A stretch of DNA of 64,000 nt from a virus (taxonomy: Duplodnaviria > Caudoviricetes), in the IMG/VR virus record IMGVR_UViG_3300021399_000099, positions 128,001 through 192,000 of that record. One strand, given 5' to 3'. A program made the position numbers and the translations under genes. Under the pieces are notes generated by a model. That model ran no database searches, was not told where the DNA came from, and worked only from the letters and a program-made list of their open reading frames with translations. Of this stretch, positions 21,482-34,050 are shown one piece after another (positions within the stretch are counted from its first letter, which is position 1; every line of letters starts with the position of its first letter).

Positions 21482-21556
21482 AATAATACAAACAATTATT
21501 GTAAAAACAAAACGAGCCGCACTTTCGTGTAGCTCGTCGTTAGGTATGTGTAAATA

Positions 21557-23381
21557 TTAATATTCCCCGCAGTTTCCGTCATCGTAAGTCCTGAAGCCCT
21601 CGTTCTCGGTCATCTGGTAGGTCTTATAGAGTTTTCTTCCACCGATACGGACAGATACACCCATTTCAAGGAAAGTGACCTGGAAACGACCATCAACCCT
21701 CTTTTCAAGTTCATAGTAACCTGTATAATCGGCAGGATATTCAAGCCCCTGCATCTCCTTGCTCTCATCATGCACGATGTACCTGGTCTTGCCTGCGGTC
21801 ATGGCCTCCTTGATAGCGGGGGTCAGTTCAGCAAATTCAAGGAGTTCCTTTGCTGGCATAAGCTGACCAGACCTGGATATAATAATCTGTGGGCCATAAA
21901 AATATGACCATCTACCATCTTCTTCCCTTACCGTATAATATGTATTCGGGCTGGTATTATCACCAAGGGCGTTATATTGGGCCCTGGTACCTCTCCAAAA
22001 TGAAATTTTATTGTTTGTTAATGCCATAAGTATCAATATATTAGCAATTTATTCTATTCCAGCGTCTTTCCAGTCCTCATAATCCGCAGCGCCAGGCTCT
22101 CCACCGTCTTCCCAAGTTCCTGGATAATTTTTAGGATTCCATCCGGGTGCAACCGAAGTGTCATAGGTACCGGTTTCCTCGTCATATGGGTAATAGTACC
22201 AGTAATCAACCGGATTATGCTCTCCACCTTCGTTGAGTACGGTTACAACCATACCAAGTTTAAGCTCGTTTCTGTTGGTGAATTTGGCTTTCAGCTCTTC
22301 TACTGTTTCAACTGGCTGCATCTTATGGTCAAGATAACCTTTACCAGTGTATTTGAGCTGTTTTGTCATGTTTGTCACGTTTGCTTCTGCCATAGTCCGT
22401 GTCTAATTACTTCTTTATGTTTAATATATATGTAAGTTCGTAGTCGTCGCAAGGGTCTGGTTCAATGGAATAAGGACATTGTGCCCCAGAAAGGTCCCTA
22501 CGCATCCACTTTACGAATTTTTTTCCACTAACGGTGATGTCTCCCTTTTCCCAGTTATCTGTGTCTGTGGTAAAGTCTTCCTTAATCTCAGCGATGGCCT
22601 TCTTGGTAATGAAGACGAAGTCATAAGAGTGTTCGTTAAAGTACTGTTGCTCAACATCTTCCGGCATATATTGTTCAACTACACTACCAAGGGCGACGAA
22701 ACCCACTTCAGCGCTGTCCTGGTCGGCAAAATTAGCCTCGTCATAAGATGCGACATAATCAAAGCCTTGGCCCTGAGCATCTATAATTGCCTGGTAATCA
22801 TCTCCTGTAAGGGTGTCTGTTTTCGTGCATAGTATAGAGAAGGCATAGACCGTTCCGTCCTCGTCTCCGCCACCGCCGCCATAAGTTACTGAATATTCAT
22901 ATGATTTATCCTCAGCTGTCTTGCCGGCATCACTTCCATCTTCCTTGAAACCGACATTCACTTCGTCAATACTGTATGGAAATGCGGTTGTTAAGGTAGA
23001 AACGTCGAATGTAGCGTTGTCAGAACCCTCATCAACTTTTACTTTGAAAGAGTATTCGTCGCCGTTATCATCTGTAAAGGTAACAAATACATAAAGAGGT
23101 GATGCTACCGGTAAATCGAATGACACAGAAAACAGTCCGTCATTTTCAATATTGGCTGAACCATTGTTTTTACTGATTTTACCACCGCCACCGCATTCGC
23201 CACAGTTCTGTATGGTCTTGACTGTAACTGCGGTAGAATTCTTATATTCCTCGGGTGAAAGACCGCAAAGGTCGAGAACCTGTGCCCCCCATTGCCATCT
23301 TTCTTCAACCCTATTATCGGCTTCCCATACTCCAGGTGCTTCAAAATCCACCAAACTTTCTCTTGGGTCTCCTAAATACAT
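21557..23381 (-). CDS. three acidic, probably virion-associated proteins (21557-22036, 22049-22393, 22407-23381)
   Basis: co-oriented ORFs behind TATTTAT motif at about 23440; function inferred. Confidence 0.5.
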
Positions 23382-23511
23382 AATCTATATTTCTTTATCC
23401 TGTTATTCGTTTAAAGTGCCTTTGACACTTTTTATTACATAAATAGTTTAAATAATGGAAATATACTGGGAAGATAAAGATAAAACCAGGCTTGTGACCT
23501 GGTTTTAACAA

Positions 23512-24261
23512 TTATTCAATATGTCCCTCCATTTCAAAAACATATGGAGGATAAAGTGGGTAATAATTTTCATCAAGCAATGATACACAACGAAGCTTGG
23601 TGTCCTTCTTGTACATCTTTGTTAGGGTATGGTTAGAGCTATGTATATGTCCGTAAAGGCACACTTTTGGTTCGGCTCGCTTAATCGCCTTTGCCAGGAC
23701 TTTATTTCCGGCGTCTTCTCCAGCCCACCGCCCCATGGTAATCTTTCCATGTCCTTGGATTGCAGGGGCGTCATGGGTTAAAAGAATATCAAGACCTTCC
23801 GGAATATTATCATAGTGCTTCTCCAAAAAATTGTCACTACGCATAAATGCCCAGTTACCAAAAATCTTACACCATGGCGTGCCGTATATCTTAAGCTTTT
23901 CAACGTTTCCGTCATCATTTACCTTTTCAAAGATATACTCGTCATCTTCCAGATAAACAAGGCGACCATCGCAAGGTTTTAAAACATCAGTATAAATAGA
24001 AGAATAACCTTGATTCGGGTTCGGCTCCTGTTCCAGATAAAAGTCGTGGTTGCCGCCGATAAACACTACTCGGCTAAATCGGTCCGCAAATGGAAGAGAC
24101 CTTACCCATTCAGCAAAAGCCGTTGATAGCCAGTTTCGCTGATAGGCGTTGTAATGGTCGTGTGCCGGACAAATATCTCCGCCGATTAACATTAGGTCAA
24201 AAGGTTCCGTAATCGTCGGCAAATTCCCATGCGGGTCACTAAAAGCTATAATTTTAATCAT
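23512..24261 (-). CDS. metallophosphoesterase
   Basis: SDPHG, GGDI, GNHD, YGTPW, THDAP, GHIH. Confidence 0.85.
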   Translation of the reverse strand: MIKIIAFSDPHGNLPTITEPFDLMLIGGDICPAHDHYNAYQRNWLSTAFAEWVRSLPFADRFSRVVFIGGNHDFYLEQEPNPNQGYSSIYTDVLKPCDGRLVYLEDDEYIFEKVNDDGNVEKLKIYGTPWCKIFGNWAFMRSDNFLEKHYDNIPEGLDILLTHDAPAIQGHGKITMGRWAGEDAGNKVLAKAIKRAEPKVCLYGHIHSSNHTLTKMYKKDTKLRCVSLLDENYYPLYPPYVFEMEGHIE

Positions 24262-26378
24262 TTTTCATCTAATATATTTTCAAGTTTATACCGTGCCATA
24301 ATATTAAGAATAAAAATTAGTTATGAACTCATAAACCTTCTCTATGTGGTTCCAATCAAAATCCATCCAACAATGATAAGTTTCACTCCAAACCTGCACA
24401 TCCTTTGAATCTGAGCGTATAATTCTCTTCTCAAGGTGCAATTCGTCTTTGAATGGATGCCGATACCAGCAAAGTGCCTTAGCTTTGTTCCATACCCTTT
24501 TATTTTTTTTAGATTTTGCCATATTTTAATTATTTTATTCGGCATCAAATGCGAATCCGTTTTCTTTAAGGTACTTTACGTATTCTTCATAAGAAGAAAA
24601 CCTTTCAGGATAAAAATTCCAACTATTCATATTTCCAATAAGTTATGATATATGCCTTTGTGGTGTCAGCATTGTTTATGGTAATCGTGCTGTCAATCCT
24701 ATATTCAACAACATCACTAACTACTGTTGATACCGGCTCATTCTTTTCTTTTGCATGAGAGTCATCTATGGCATTTTTCAATGGATAAAGATTAAGGATG
24801 CCCAGTACAAGAAGAGCTAAACCGTGGCCAAAATTTTCCATCACAAACTGTGCAATAGCCGCAATACAGCAAAGCACGATTGTTAAAACCGCAAAAATAA
24901 TCCTAACTGTAATCATAATTTTTATTCTTTGGTGATTGTTAATTTAATCTTGCCCCCGTATTATTTTTCGTAAGGCCATGCAAAGCCGTCCGGAGATGTG
25001 GGTATCAGCATATAGTGAGTGGGCATATTAGGAAGATAGCCCTCTACCGCCTCACCATATTCATACTTGCACCAAGTTTTACGCGTTCCGTCCGGCTGTA
25101 TCTGGTACGTTTCATAATCATCCCCCTCTTCGAGACAAGTGGCATAACAATCCTGGTCATTAACCCATTTGGCCGAGAAAAACCCCGTATCGGAAAGAAA
25201 ACCAATCCTTGTTCCGGCCGGGTTAAAGTCTTCATTAACCCACTCTTTATTGTAACCAATTACCTCCTGTCCATAAGGCAGCGGATGGTCTTCATCAACT
25301 TTAATCCAAGTACCAGGCATATTATCCTGTAAAGAATGAATAATGGAGACGACTTTAGTATATCCACTTAATTCTGCCACCCATTCTTTATAATTGGCTG
25401 CATAATAAAGTTTATTCATTAATGATATAAGCTCGTCTTTCAACTTTCCTATCTCGGCAATCAATTTATCTGCATCGATGTATTTGTTCATAATTTTTAA
25501 TATTTGTTAAGGAACATTAATCTTGTTATCTTTTAACATACTTAGAAAAGATTTCATCACGCATTTTCCCGGTAATGAAAACACTATCCGTAATAGGCAC
25601 CGCTTCGTTACCGTCTTGTGAGATTATCAGTCCCATAAAAGTATCCGAGGTCATAACGGCCCTGGAAACGGTATTTATAACGGTGTCTTTATTTATTACA
25701 AACACGCTGGACCCATGCTCAACAAAACACCTGGAAATAGTTTTACGGGTCTGTTTTGCTACTTGTGTCTCAATGCTGTCAGTCCTCACCCTGCAGTCGA
25801 TAAAATAGGTCGTTGAATCATCCGGAACATATACATCACGGAAAAAATCTATGCCATATGAATGGATATCCAGTGACGTTCTGCTACAAGAGCCGACAAT
25901 CACCATAAACGAGAGGGCGATAAGACTAAGCTTCGCCATCTTTAATGAAAGCAATTTCTTCTTCATCATACCAATATTCAAGTTTAAGCGGTTTAAAACT
26001 AAAAAGCATCCTCTCATACGAATACTTGTCACATATCTTATTTACCATTTTTTTCTTCTCTCGATACTCTCCCCATCTCTGCTTCAGCTCGTTGTCATCT
26101 TTAATCCCATCGAGCCAGTGAATAATGTTATCGTAGGCCCCATCACTGATTTTTGTCTGGAAGTGAAAAACCTGAGTGTTCCTCACAAGGAAAAAATAAA
26201 TCGCAATGCCCAATGCGGTAAATAAAAAAATGTTAGCTACGTTCATAATACTTAATTTTTAATGTTTCACGTTCTATATTGCAAGAATCGTGCCAAACTG
26301 ATTAAAATATACAAAAAAGATAGAAAAAAACAAAACCCCAGGTTTCCCCGGGGTTTCATAGAATAGAAGGTGTTCGCA

Positions 26379-28109
26379 TTAGATTTTAATAATCTGAGTG
26401 TGACCCTCAGTGTAATCGGTAACATCAATAGTTACCTGGATAGGGTTGTTCGTGATGTCAATATCGTCTTTCTCACCATTTGCGTCGCCAGGATTGTCTT
26501 TGCCATTACCTGTTGAAGTGATATTAATAATGTACTTGTAATACTTACCAGCTTCAAGCCCAGCAGCGGGGAGTGCGATAGGAACCCTTACATCATAAAC
26601 CGTGGTACCTTTATAAGTATAGCTAAGTTTTACGACAAAGTGTGTAAGGCCAGTATCACCAGGTATTGCATAGAATGTAGTAGGCGAATAAATAGCTTCT
26701 GCCTCTGTAGTGCCAACAGGAACATTTGATGTGGGAAGCGAGAACTGAATAACATCGGTTACAGCGACACGATTATCAAATGTGAGTCCGGTAGATACTG
26801 TTGCATCAGCAGTCTTGGTGTGTGCAAGATGAGCATAACCATTTGTTGCATCTGCCTTTGCTGAGAATACACGGATTCCATCAATGCCAGTAACTGCAGG
26901 CTGATAAGGAGTACCAGGAGTAATAGTGCAAACCTGAGTAGATGCTTCAACATTGCTTGAAAGGAATACAAGCACCTGATTAGCATTAGCATCGCTTACG
27001 TTAATACGGACAACTCTCCATCCTTCATTATAAGCTTTTTCAAACATTGACCAAAATGATTCAGCAGGAGAACCACCATACCAATCTGTTTGATGTGCTT
27101 TTAGTGCGGTTGAAAATGCATCATTACCAGCGGCAAATTCAGCCTTATCAACTCCATCAGCAAGCTTCATCATAAAGATGTTCTTATTAGAGGCAGCACT
27201 TTCCCAATCTTCTGTTGTTTCAGTCTTTGAAGTGCTATTGACAACTTGATTAAGTCTATAATATACAAACTGAGCATTTACGGCGTCTTTGATAGAAAGA
27301 AGCCAATCCTTAGCCATGTAATTAAGAGTGGCATTATTAGAGCCAACATAAAGAGGATTTGGCTGATTCTTTGTAAGCTTAGGAGAATTAGCACCATAAA
27401 AACCGATAGCAACCTGAACCTCACTACCTGCAGCAAGTTCATCAATAAACTTAGTGGTCTTCTTGGTATAGGTCTCTGTATCAGGTGTTGCTGGAACCTC
27501 AGGAGTAGTAGGTGTATAATCTAAAATCTTTGTATTAGAATCATCACTAATAAACCCAAGATAAAGGAGTGCATTACCGTGTTTGAACGGAAGATTTACC
27601 ACACTACCATAATTAACCTTTGCAACATCAGTCCTTGCCCAAAGGAACTCCTTAGGTGAATCAGCTGTAAGCGTTCCGGTAACTCTATTGTCATCAGCCA
27701 CAAAGGATTCAACACCGACCTTAACAGCACCGTTATTTACCTTGGCATCAGTAGTAGGAATAATACCAATGAAAGAGTATGAATCGGCATTGTTCTTAAA
27801 ATACTGAAGTTCTTGCCCATTTACGCCTTCATATACATATGAATTAGTATTGTTGGCCTGTACAGTGAAAGGATTCATAACCGTCTCGTTAAGTGTATTC
27901 CAAGCGTAAAGACTGAACTCGTCGTAGCCGTTACCGGCGGTTGTAGCAACACTAGCCTTGGTTTCGAGGGTACGGTCACCAAAAAGGATGGCGTACTCAC
28001 CCTTAGAATTGGTTGGGGTTCTATTGGTAAATGTGCTTTCAATTTTTGCACATGAGGCAATCGTCATAACTGTTGCAACGATTGCGAGGAAAATGTTTTT
28101 GTTTTTCAT
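26379..28109 (-). CDS. fimbrillin-like (type V pilin) lipoprotein
   Basis: lipobox IASC, L.FKH, C-terminal LEAGKYYKYII.I; 576 aa. Confidence 0.65.
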   Translation of the reverse strand: MKNKNIFLAIVATVMTIASCAKIESTFTNRTPTNSKGEYAILFGDRTLETKASVATTAGNGYDEFSLYAWNTLNETVMNPFTVQANNTNSYVYEGVNGQELQYFKNNADSYSFIGIIPTTDAKVNNGAVKVGVESFVADDNRVTGTLTADSPKEFLWARTDVAKVNYGSVVNLPFKHGNALLYLGFISDDSNTKILDYTPTTPEVPATPDTETYTKKTTKFIDELAAGSEVQVAIGFYGANSPKLTKNQPNPLYVGSNNATLNYMAKDWLLSIKDAVNAQFVYYRLNQVVNSTSKTETTEDWESAASNKNIFMMKLADGVDKAEFAAGNDAFSTALKAHQTDWYGGSPAESFWSMFEKAYNEGWRVVRINVSDANANQVLVFLSSNVEASTQVCTITPGTPYQPAVTGIDGIRVFSAKADATNGYAHLAHTKTADATVSTGLTFDNRVAVTDVIQFSLPTSNVPVGTTEAEAIYSPTTFYAIPGDTGLTHFVVKLSYTYKGTTVYDVRVPIALPAAGLEAGKYYKYIINITSTGNGKDNPGDANGEKDDIDITNNPIQVTIDVTDYTEGHTQIIKI

Positions 28110-28114
28110 CTTTC

Positions 28115-29341
28115 TTATTTTTTAAAATGTTTCTTATTTATACAAAAGTCTCTCTTAATGGTTATTCCAACATAAGTCGGTCCAATATAAAACGCTTTGT
28201 AACTATTTTCAAAAAATTCTTTATTAATGGTCTTGCTTATTGCAATCACCTTTGGCTCATCATTACTTATCTGTTCATTATTTGTGCCGCTATTTATCTT
28301 TCCGTTTTGATACTCACCAAAAACGACATTCATACGACCCTGCTCACTATAAAAGTAATCTGCATAGTAAGACCTCTCAAAAAGACCGAACCGTATTATC
28401 GGGCAAATCTTCCAGTGCGGCCATAAACTGAAAGCCCAACCAACGCCTAGACCCCCTCCATAAAATACACCAATCTTTCCAACATCAGTAAATAGCTCAG
28501 TATCAAAATATCCAGCATTTCCAAAAGCTTCAATAAATAGTTTATCGTAGTTGTTATTGAAGTACTTCCTAATCCCAATGTGCCATGAGTCTGTATCGTA
28601 TTCTCGACCTGTAATCTTCCATTTTGAAAAAGACCCTTCAACAAAGAAAGACATCCGGTTAAAATATACTTCAGCTCCTATATTGGCCCGTAACAACATG
28701 TCCGAAAGGAGGTCATTATAGACCGCAAAAACCGGTTTAACATGAATATCGTTAGCGTAATCTGTTGTATTATTAACGTAGTCAGTCGTATTATTAGTGT
28801 GGTCAGTCGTATAATAATTATATGTATTATAAACATTGTTTATTACCTGAGTAACCACGGTATCTTTACGTGATGGTTCGGGTTTGTTCGGCAGTTCCTC
28901 TGGCTCCGGTCTATGGAAGTGTATTTCAACATATGTGGCCCTAAGCTTCTGATAATCAGACTCATCTAAGCCAGTCTTTTCCAAAAATAGAGAGTAATCA
29001 TTGTTCTTTACAATCTTTTCTCTCGGGACGATATTCGATATATAAGAATAAATCTTACCGGCTCTCATATCCGCCAAACGAACATTATTCTGCACATTTC
29101 CCTCTGGTGACGCCGAACCAATGAGTAAAATACGGTCGACTAAGACTTTTTTACTACGTATAGCTGGTACAATATCAGTAATGTAGTTATAATAGTTGTC
29201 GTTCTTTATTATCTGGTCTGTATTTACCCTAAATTCAATTGTAAAGGACATGACTTCACTATCCTTGTCCTGGCTCGCAACACTAAACGAGCTAAGCAAG
29301 AAAATAGCCAAAATAAATATTACATTTTTTATAAAATTCAT
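28115..29341 (-). CDS. DUF3575 outer-membrane protein with OmpA-like N-terminus
   Basis: GSASPEG...N..LA..R, NLG/NIGAE, YIGPT..GITI. Confidence 0.7.
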   Translation of the reverse strand: MNFIKNVIFILAIFLLSSFSVASQDKDSEVMSFTIEFRVNTDQIIKNDNYYNYITDIVPAIRSKKVLVDRILLIGSASPEGNVQNNVRLADMRAGKIYSYISNIVPREKIVKNNDYSLFLEKTGLDESDYQKLRATYVEIHFHRPEPEELPNKPEPSRKDTVVTQVINNVYNTYNYYTTDHTNNTTDYVNNTTDYANDIHVKPVFAVYNDLLSDMLLRANIGAEVYFNRMSFFVEGSFSKWKITGREYDTDSWHIGIRKYFNNNYDKLFIEAFGNAGYFDTELFTDVGKIGVFYGGGLGVGWAFSLWPHWKICPIIRFGLFERSYYADYFYSEQGRMNVVFGEYQNGKINSGTNNEQISNDEPKVIAISKTINKEFFENSYKAFYIGPTYVGITIKRDFCINKKHFKK

Positions 29342-29428
29342 ATCCTTATATATAGAGCATAAACTCAAGCTTTCTTTTTTAAAAAAAATACAAAAATTTT
29401 TTAAACAAGCCAAATCAATAGCAAAAAT

Positions 29429-30085
29429 TTACTTAATATTTCTTGGCTCCTTCAAATTGTCCCACCACTCTTTAACATATGATGGCATTGTTTCAATGAG
29501 CTGTTTTATTTCATCTGCTGTCGCCCTAAAGAAGGAAGAGCAGCCGGGAGCCCAGTCACCGTAAGCCGTGCCGTCTATGGCTGTTATCCCCCATTTACAC
29601 CTGGGGGCTGATTTTGACAAGTCTCCATCACCATAATCAAACGAAGAGACGAGCATAATGCCCTTCTTGCCGTTGCGATAATACGTAACGACGTCACCCA
29701 CAGAAACAAAGTCAATCGGTATTCTTTTTTCTTCGTCTGGAACATCCGGGTCGCTCCTATAAATTTCAGCAAGTTTCCCATTTTCATCCATAATACCCGC
29801 AGATTTAAGAAACCTTATAGCTGATGTCCTATTTTTGGTCACCTCCTTTGCAATCTCTTCCAGAGACTTTTGCTCTTTCTTTTTATTAAGATACTCAACC
29901 CATTTTGCGTATCTATGCGACGTTTTCACCTTATCAATGGCTGTTTTATGCCATATTCCATCGACAAGAAATTCAATAATCTCTTTCCTTGTTTTCTCAT
30001 CCTCGCTCTCCTTCTCCTCAATGATAACCTTGTTTCCTTCAATCCTGGCTTTGTATCCTTCTGGTATTTCAATTTCTTTTATCAT
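29429..30085 (-). CDS. hypothetical protein
   Basis: 218 aa; N-terminus shared with 16839-17597. Confidence 0.65.
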   Translation of the reverse strand: MIKEIEIPEGYKARIEGNKVIIEEKESEDEKTRKEIIEFLVDGIWHKTAIDKVKTSHRYAKWVEYLNKKKEQKSLEEIAKEVTKNRTSAIRFLKSAGIMDENGKLAEIYRSDPDVPDEEKRIPIDFVSVGDVVTYYRNGKKGIMLVSSFDYGDGDLSKSAPRCKWGITAIDGTAYGDWAPGCSSFFRATADEIKQLIETMPSYVKEWWDNLKEPRNIK

Positions 30086-30087
30086 AA

Positions 30088-30450
30088 TTAAATCAAATTT
30101 TCAAGGCAATATTTTATAGCCTCTTCGCAGGCTTCTTCATATGAATTTGTTTTATATGGCTTTTCTCCATTATGAGCAAATATATACCAAATATACGGAA
30201 ATGCTGAATTGTTATAACGAAAAACTACAATATGTAAATTATGCACTTCCCTTAACCATTTCATTGCCATTTGAAGTGTTGGGCATGCATAGCAATCCGC
30301 ATTCAAAACGGTATTATAGTAACTATCAACATCCAGCCCGAAGAATATCTTATCCTCTCCATTATGGTATAGGGCGTGACACGGTTCGTCAAACCCTTTC
30401 TCCTTCAAGAGTTTTGCCGTTTCAAAACTGACGTAATCTTCTGTTATCAT
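30088..30450 (-). CDS. conserved hypothetical protein (paralogue of 11021-11401)
   Basis: near-identical N- and C-terminal motifs. Confidence 0.75.
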   Translation of the reverse strand: MITEDYVSFETAKLLKEKGFDEPCHALYHNGEDKIFFGLDVDSYYNTVLNADCYACPTLQMAMKWLREVHNLHIVVFRYNNSAFPYIWYIFAHNGEKPYKTNSYEEACEEAIKYCLENLI

Positions 30451-30623
30451 ATTTGCTACTCAATTTTTTTCTTTATCCTGTTTGTGTCTAAATGACATGT
30501 TACAAATGTTTTTGAAAGAGCGACTTTGTATTCACATTGTTTGCAAATTTCATAAGATATTTTCCCAATATCTTTATTACAGCATTTTTCGCCGTATAAA
30601 GTATCAACTAATACTGCCATAGT

Positions 30624-30968
30624 TTATTCATTTTTATACATATCTTTAGGTGCTTCAAGAGCAAGTCCTTTTTCAATTAATCCACGATAATCAAACATGT
30701 TCTTATTAAGCCAATCAACATCTTCGCCATAATTTCCTAATCTTATATTATCCAATTCATCTTGTTCATCATCTGTCATGGAAGACATTTGACGGAGATA
30801 CGGTTTAAAAATCTCACCTTCTGAATATTCAAGGAAATGAGCAAAATCGTCTAACTCGTTTTGTTTGAAAGTAATATCACAATTGTCACAATATCTATGT
30901 ACAATAAAACCATACGGCAACCTTGCACAAAGGTCTTTAAGCAATAGTTCTTTATCTTCTTGTGTCAT
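30624..30968 (-). CDS. conserved Bacteroidetes-phage hypothetical protein
   Basis: LLKDLCARLPYG...FDYRGLIEKGLALEAP. Confidence 0.7.
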   Translation of the reverse strand: MTQEDKELLLKDLCARLPYGFIVHRYCDNCDITFKQNELDDFAHFLEYSEGEIFKPYLRQMSSMTDDEQDELDNIRLGNYGEDVDWLNKNMFDYRGLIEKGLALEAPKDMYKNE

Positions 30969-31120
30969 ATTCTAATAATATTTTACAAATGAGGAATTCG
31001 CGCTTATTTCTTCCCCTTCTAATAAAATTCTTACGCCAAGATACGTTTCATCACAACTTTTATAAGGATAAAATTCTATTTTAAGATTTTCAGAAATATA
31101 TTTTTTAATATCTTCTTGTG

Positions 31121-31534
31121 TCATGACTTTTCGTATTTCTTTATTTGCTCTCTAATTTCCTCACATTTCGCATTAGTGAGGTTTCTGGCCGCAGGGTGAG
31201 GAACAAACATAATTGGCTTCCCCTGCGCTTCAATTTCCGTCATATATTTATTTACTGTTTCCTTCGCCTGTTTTCCACATACGAGGACCATGTCAAAGTA
31301 CTTTATCCTTTTTATCACCTTTTTAAAGTGTTCGTAATTGGGCTTTGGTTTTTCCCTTGAGGTCTTCGTTACCACATCGGTTGTGTTGGAAAACATAAAA
31401 AAGTTGTCGCCCACCATTTTCCTGATGGTTTTTGCACTTTTATTGAAAGGGTTGGGAACAAATGTAATGGGTAGTTCCCTGTCACCCCATGCGTTTTGCA
31501 GTATGCATAATATTCTCATCGTGTTATTTATCAA
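31121..31534 (-). CDS. possible uracil-DNA-glycosylase-fold protein
   Basis: VCGK.A and PHPAAR motifs. Confidence 0.4.
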   Translation of the reverse strand: MINNTMRILCILQNAWGDRELPITFVPNPFNKSAKTIRKMVGDNFFMFSNTTDVVTKTSREKPKPNYEHFKKVIKRIKYFDMVLVCGKQAKETVNKYMTEIEAQGKPIMFVPHPAARNLTNAKCEEIREQIKKYEKS

Positions 31535-33198
31535 ATTCGGCTAGCCATTTTTGCTTGTCGGCTTCAATTTTTTCTATGTCTTTTGTTAAAACTTCTTGAA
31601 GTAGGTTTTTTACTGCTTCCTTGGACGTGCCGAAAATTTTATATTCATGACCATCACATCCATAAACAAATGCTTCGTAGTTGCTTTCGTCGTTGCGTAT
31701 TACATATTCGCCGTCACCGTTTAAAGACATTAACATTTCTCCTGACGGTTTCAGTTCTACTTTCCCATCATCGGTAAGCAAAAATATCTTAGCAGAACGA
31801 ATTTCGTGAAGTCCATATTCGTACAATTCACTATACCACCAAACCCATACAGAGTCGCCCGCCTTCAACTCTGAAAATTTCTTACCCATAATTTAATAAT
31901 ATTATATTTTTGAATATATTATAAGACTATCCAGTTCATCTAACTCTTTTAATGCCAAATATGCCTCCTGAGCCTTTCGGTTACGCAGACTTGTTGCTGC
32001 CGGGATATCAACCCCAACAACACACTCCATCAGTTCCCGTACGAATTTTTGGTACTCTTCCTCGATGTTTTTGTCATTGTGCCTAATATTGTCAAACAAG
32101 AAACAATCGTAGAAATCTTCGCTTCCTTCAGGACTATTCTTAGGATAGGCATAAAAGGCATACAGCCAAATTTCCCCATCGTCATGTTTTGAATAATCAT
32201 AATTGAAAGAAACTACATCAGCATCGACGATTCTCATGTCTTGCTTATATTTTTCAAGGATTTCCTGATACTTCTTTCTGTCAATCTTATATGGGACATT
32301 ACTTTTGAATCCGGTATCAAGAATCGGTTCAAGGAAATAAGTCTCGTAACTGCCTGTTCCTGGATTATAATACATAATTCTTAATATTTGCCGTTTATCC
32401 TATTTTAAAAAGTTCTTTCCACCCAAAAATTGTAAGTTCCAGTCCTTCCGCATGAACTATATTACTTGAAAACTGACATAATGTGGCATTGTAATCCAAT
32501 GAGTCGTAGTCGGCGAAAAAATGCTCATTTATCGTTCCGTCTTTCCGGGTTATTCTCAGCTTATACATGACTTATTAAATATTTTTAAAATCATCTTCCG
32601 GACCATCCCAGGGAATAGTGCCGATGACATATTGCCCGAACATATTCCAACCATCCGGCAAAATCATAAACTCCCAGGGATTATTCTGCTCGGCCTTGGT
32701 AATTTCATCCCGGATAGCTTTTTCTTTCTTCCTTTTAGCCTCCAGTTTATCCAGTCGGGCTTTTTCCTCCCTGGCACGCTGTCTTGCTTCATCTTCTTCT
32801 ACCATCTTACGCCACCTTGCCTCGCGTTCCATTTCTTCTCTGAGCTCCTTCTCGCTTTTCTCCCTTATGTGAATGAAAATAGGTATAATCATAATATAAT
32901 CAGTTTAAAGTACGTAAGTGCAGGACCAATCAAATAGTCCCTTTTCTTCGTCAAAATGTACGAAAAGACCGACTTCCTTTCCGTCAATTGTAATTGGACC
33001 AGCATCGTCTGAATTCCAAATCAACACTGAATCATCAAGTCTGGTAGCATCTTCCCATGCACCAAGGTTTTTTACTTCATTATAGAAGTCTTCCCCTTTG
33101 TAGATAAAACCATTCTTGATTTTTTCAATCACCCCGGTTATTTCTTCCGGGGTGAGTTTGCACCATTGAAGGGCCCCATAAATCGTTGCACTCATGAC

Positions 33199-34050
33199 TT
33201 ATGCTGCTATTGCTTCGGGCATAAACCTTTCGGCAACAGCCCAAAGTCTCTGGTTATAATCAACATCCTTCTTAATAGACGAAATGGGTCGTTGCTTACG
33301 GGCTTTGCCGTTTTTCCCAGTCGCAGAAAAACCGCCCTTAATCATCTTTTCCTGCAGAACATTGAACACGTTCCAAAGAGTGTTTCCATTATCTTCCGGA
33401 CGAACGGGGGTGAGAAGTTCGGCGATGGTAGCTTCATCTACTTTTGCTGTAGTCTTCTCGTCGATACCCTTGCGGATTTTGTAGGTCTCAATGGCCAGGC
33501 TTCGCTTCTGCTCATCGGAAAGGATTGTCTGGTTCATTCCATTTATCCTACCGATAATTCCAGGAACTGTATCGATAACCCTTGCGACAATTCCACGAAG
33601 TTCTTCAAAGCTATAGTTAATGTGACGGATAGAAAATGAAGAGAACTCAGCATCGCAGACCACGAGCCCATTTGAACAGATGCACCGATACAGACCCATC
33701 ATAAACTTGAAGGAATTGAAACCGTCGTGGCTGTTCTGAAGGATGATACGGACATATGCCTCGGTACCCCCGTTGGGGTTGATAATCTTCACCTTGTCGT
33801 TTTGAAGTGCTACCATATGGAAGGAACGGATGCCCTTGGAGCCCTTTTTCTCACGACACTGCTTAGCCTGGACAGGGTACCAACCAAGTTTTTCAAGGTC
33901 TTCTATTACCGTCCTCGTACTGGCCTGGACATACTTACCAGAAACGCCTGGGTTTGTGGGTGATACGGCAAAAGCAAATGGACAAGCTTCTCTAACTTCG
34001 TCCATCGTCATTCTCTTCATTGAATCAGAGAGGGAAATCATTGTACTCAT
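33199..34050 (-). CDS. DUF932/DUF945 family protein
   Basis: NSHDG..SF....GLYRCICSNGL, LWNVFNVLQE. Confidence 0.85.
   Translation of the reverse strand: MSTMISLSDSMKRMTMDEVREACPFAFAVSPTNPGVSGKYVQASTRTVIEDLEKLGWYPVQAKQCREKKGSKGIRSFHMVALQNDKVKIINPNGGTEAYVRIILQNSHDGFNSFKFMMGLYRCICSNGLVVCDAEFSSFSIRHINYSFEELRGIVARVIDTVPGIIGRINGMNQTILSDEQKRSLAIETYKIRKGIDEKTTAKVDEATIAELLTPVRPEDNGNTLWNVFNVLQEKMIKGGFSATGKNGKARKQRPISSIKKDVDYNQRLWAVAERFMPEAIAA

Noticed and set aside
323-33963. Plus-strand ORFs antisense to nadE, the PRTase, pncA, thyX and others
   Set aside because: They are antisense shadows of well-supported minus-strand genes.
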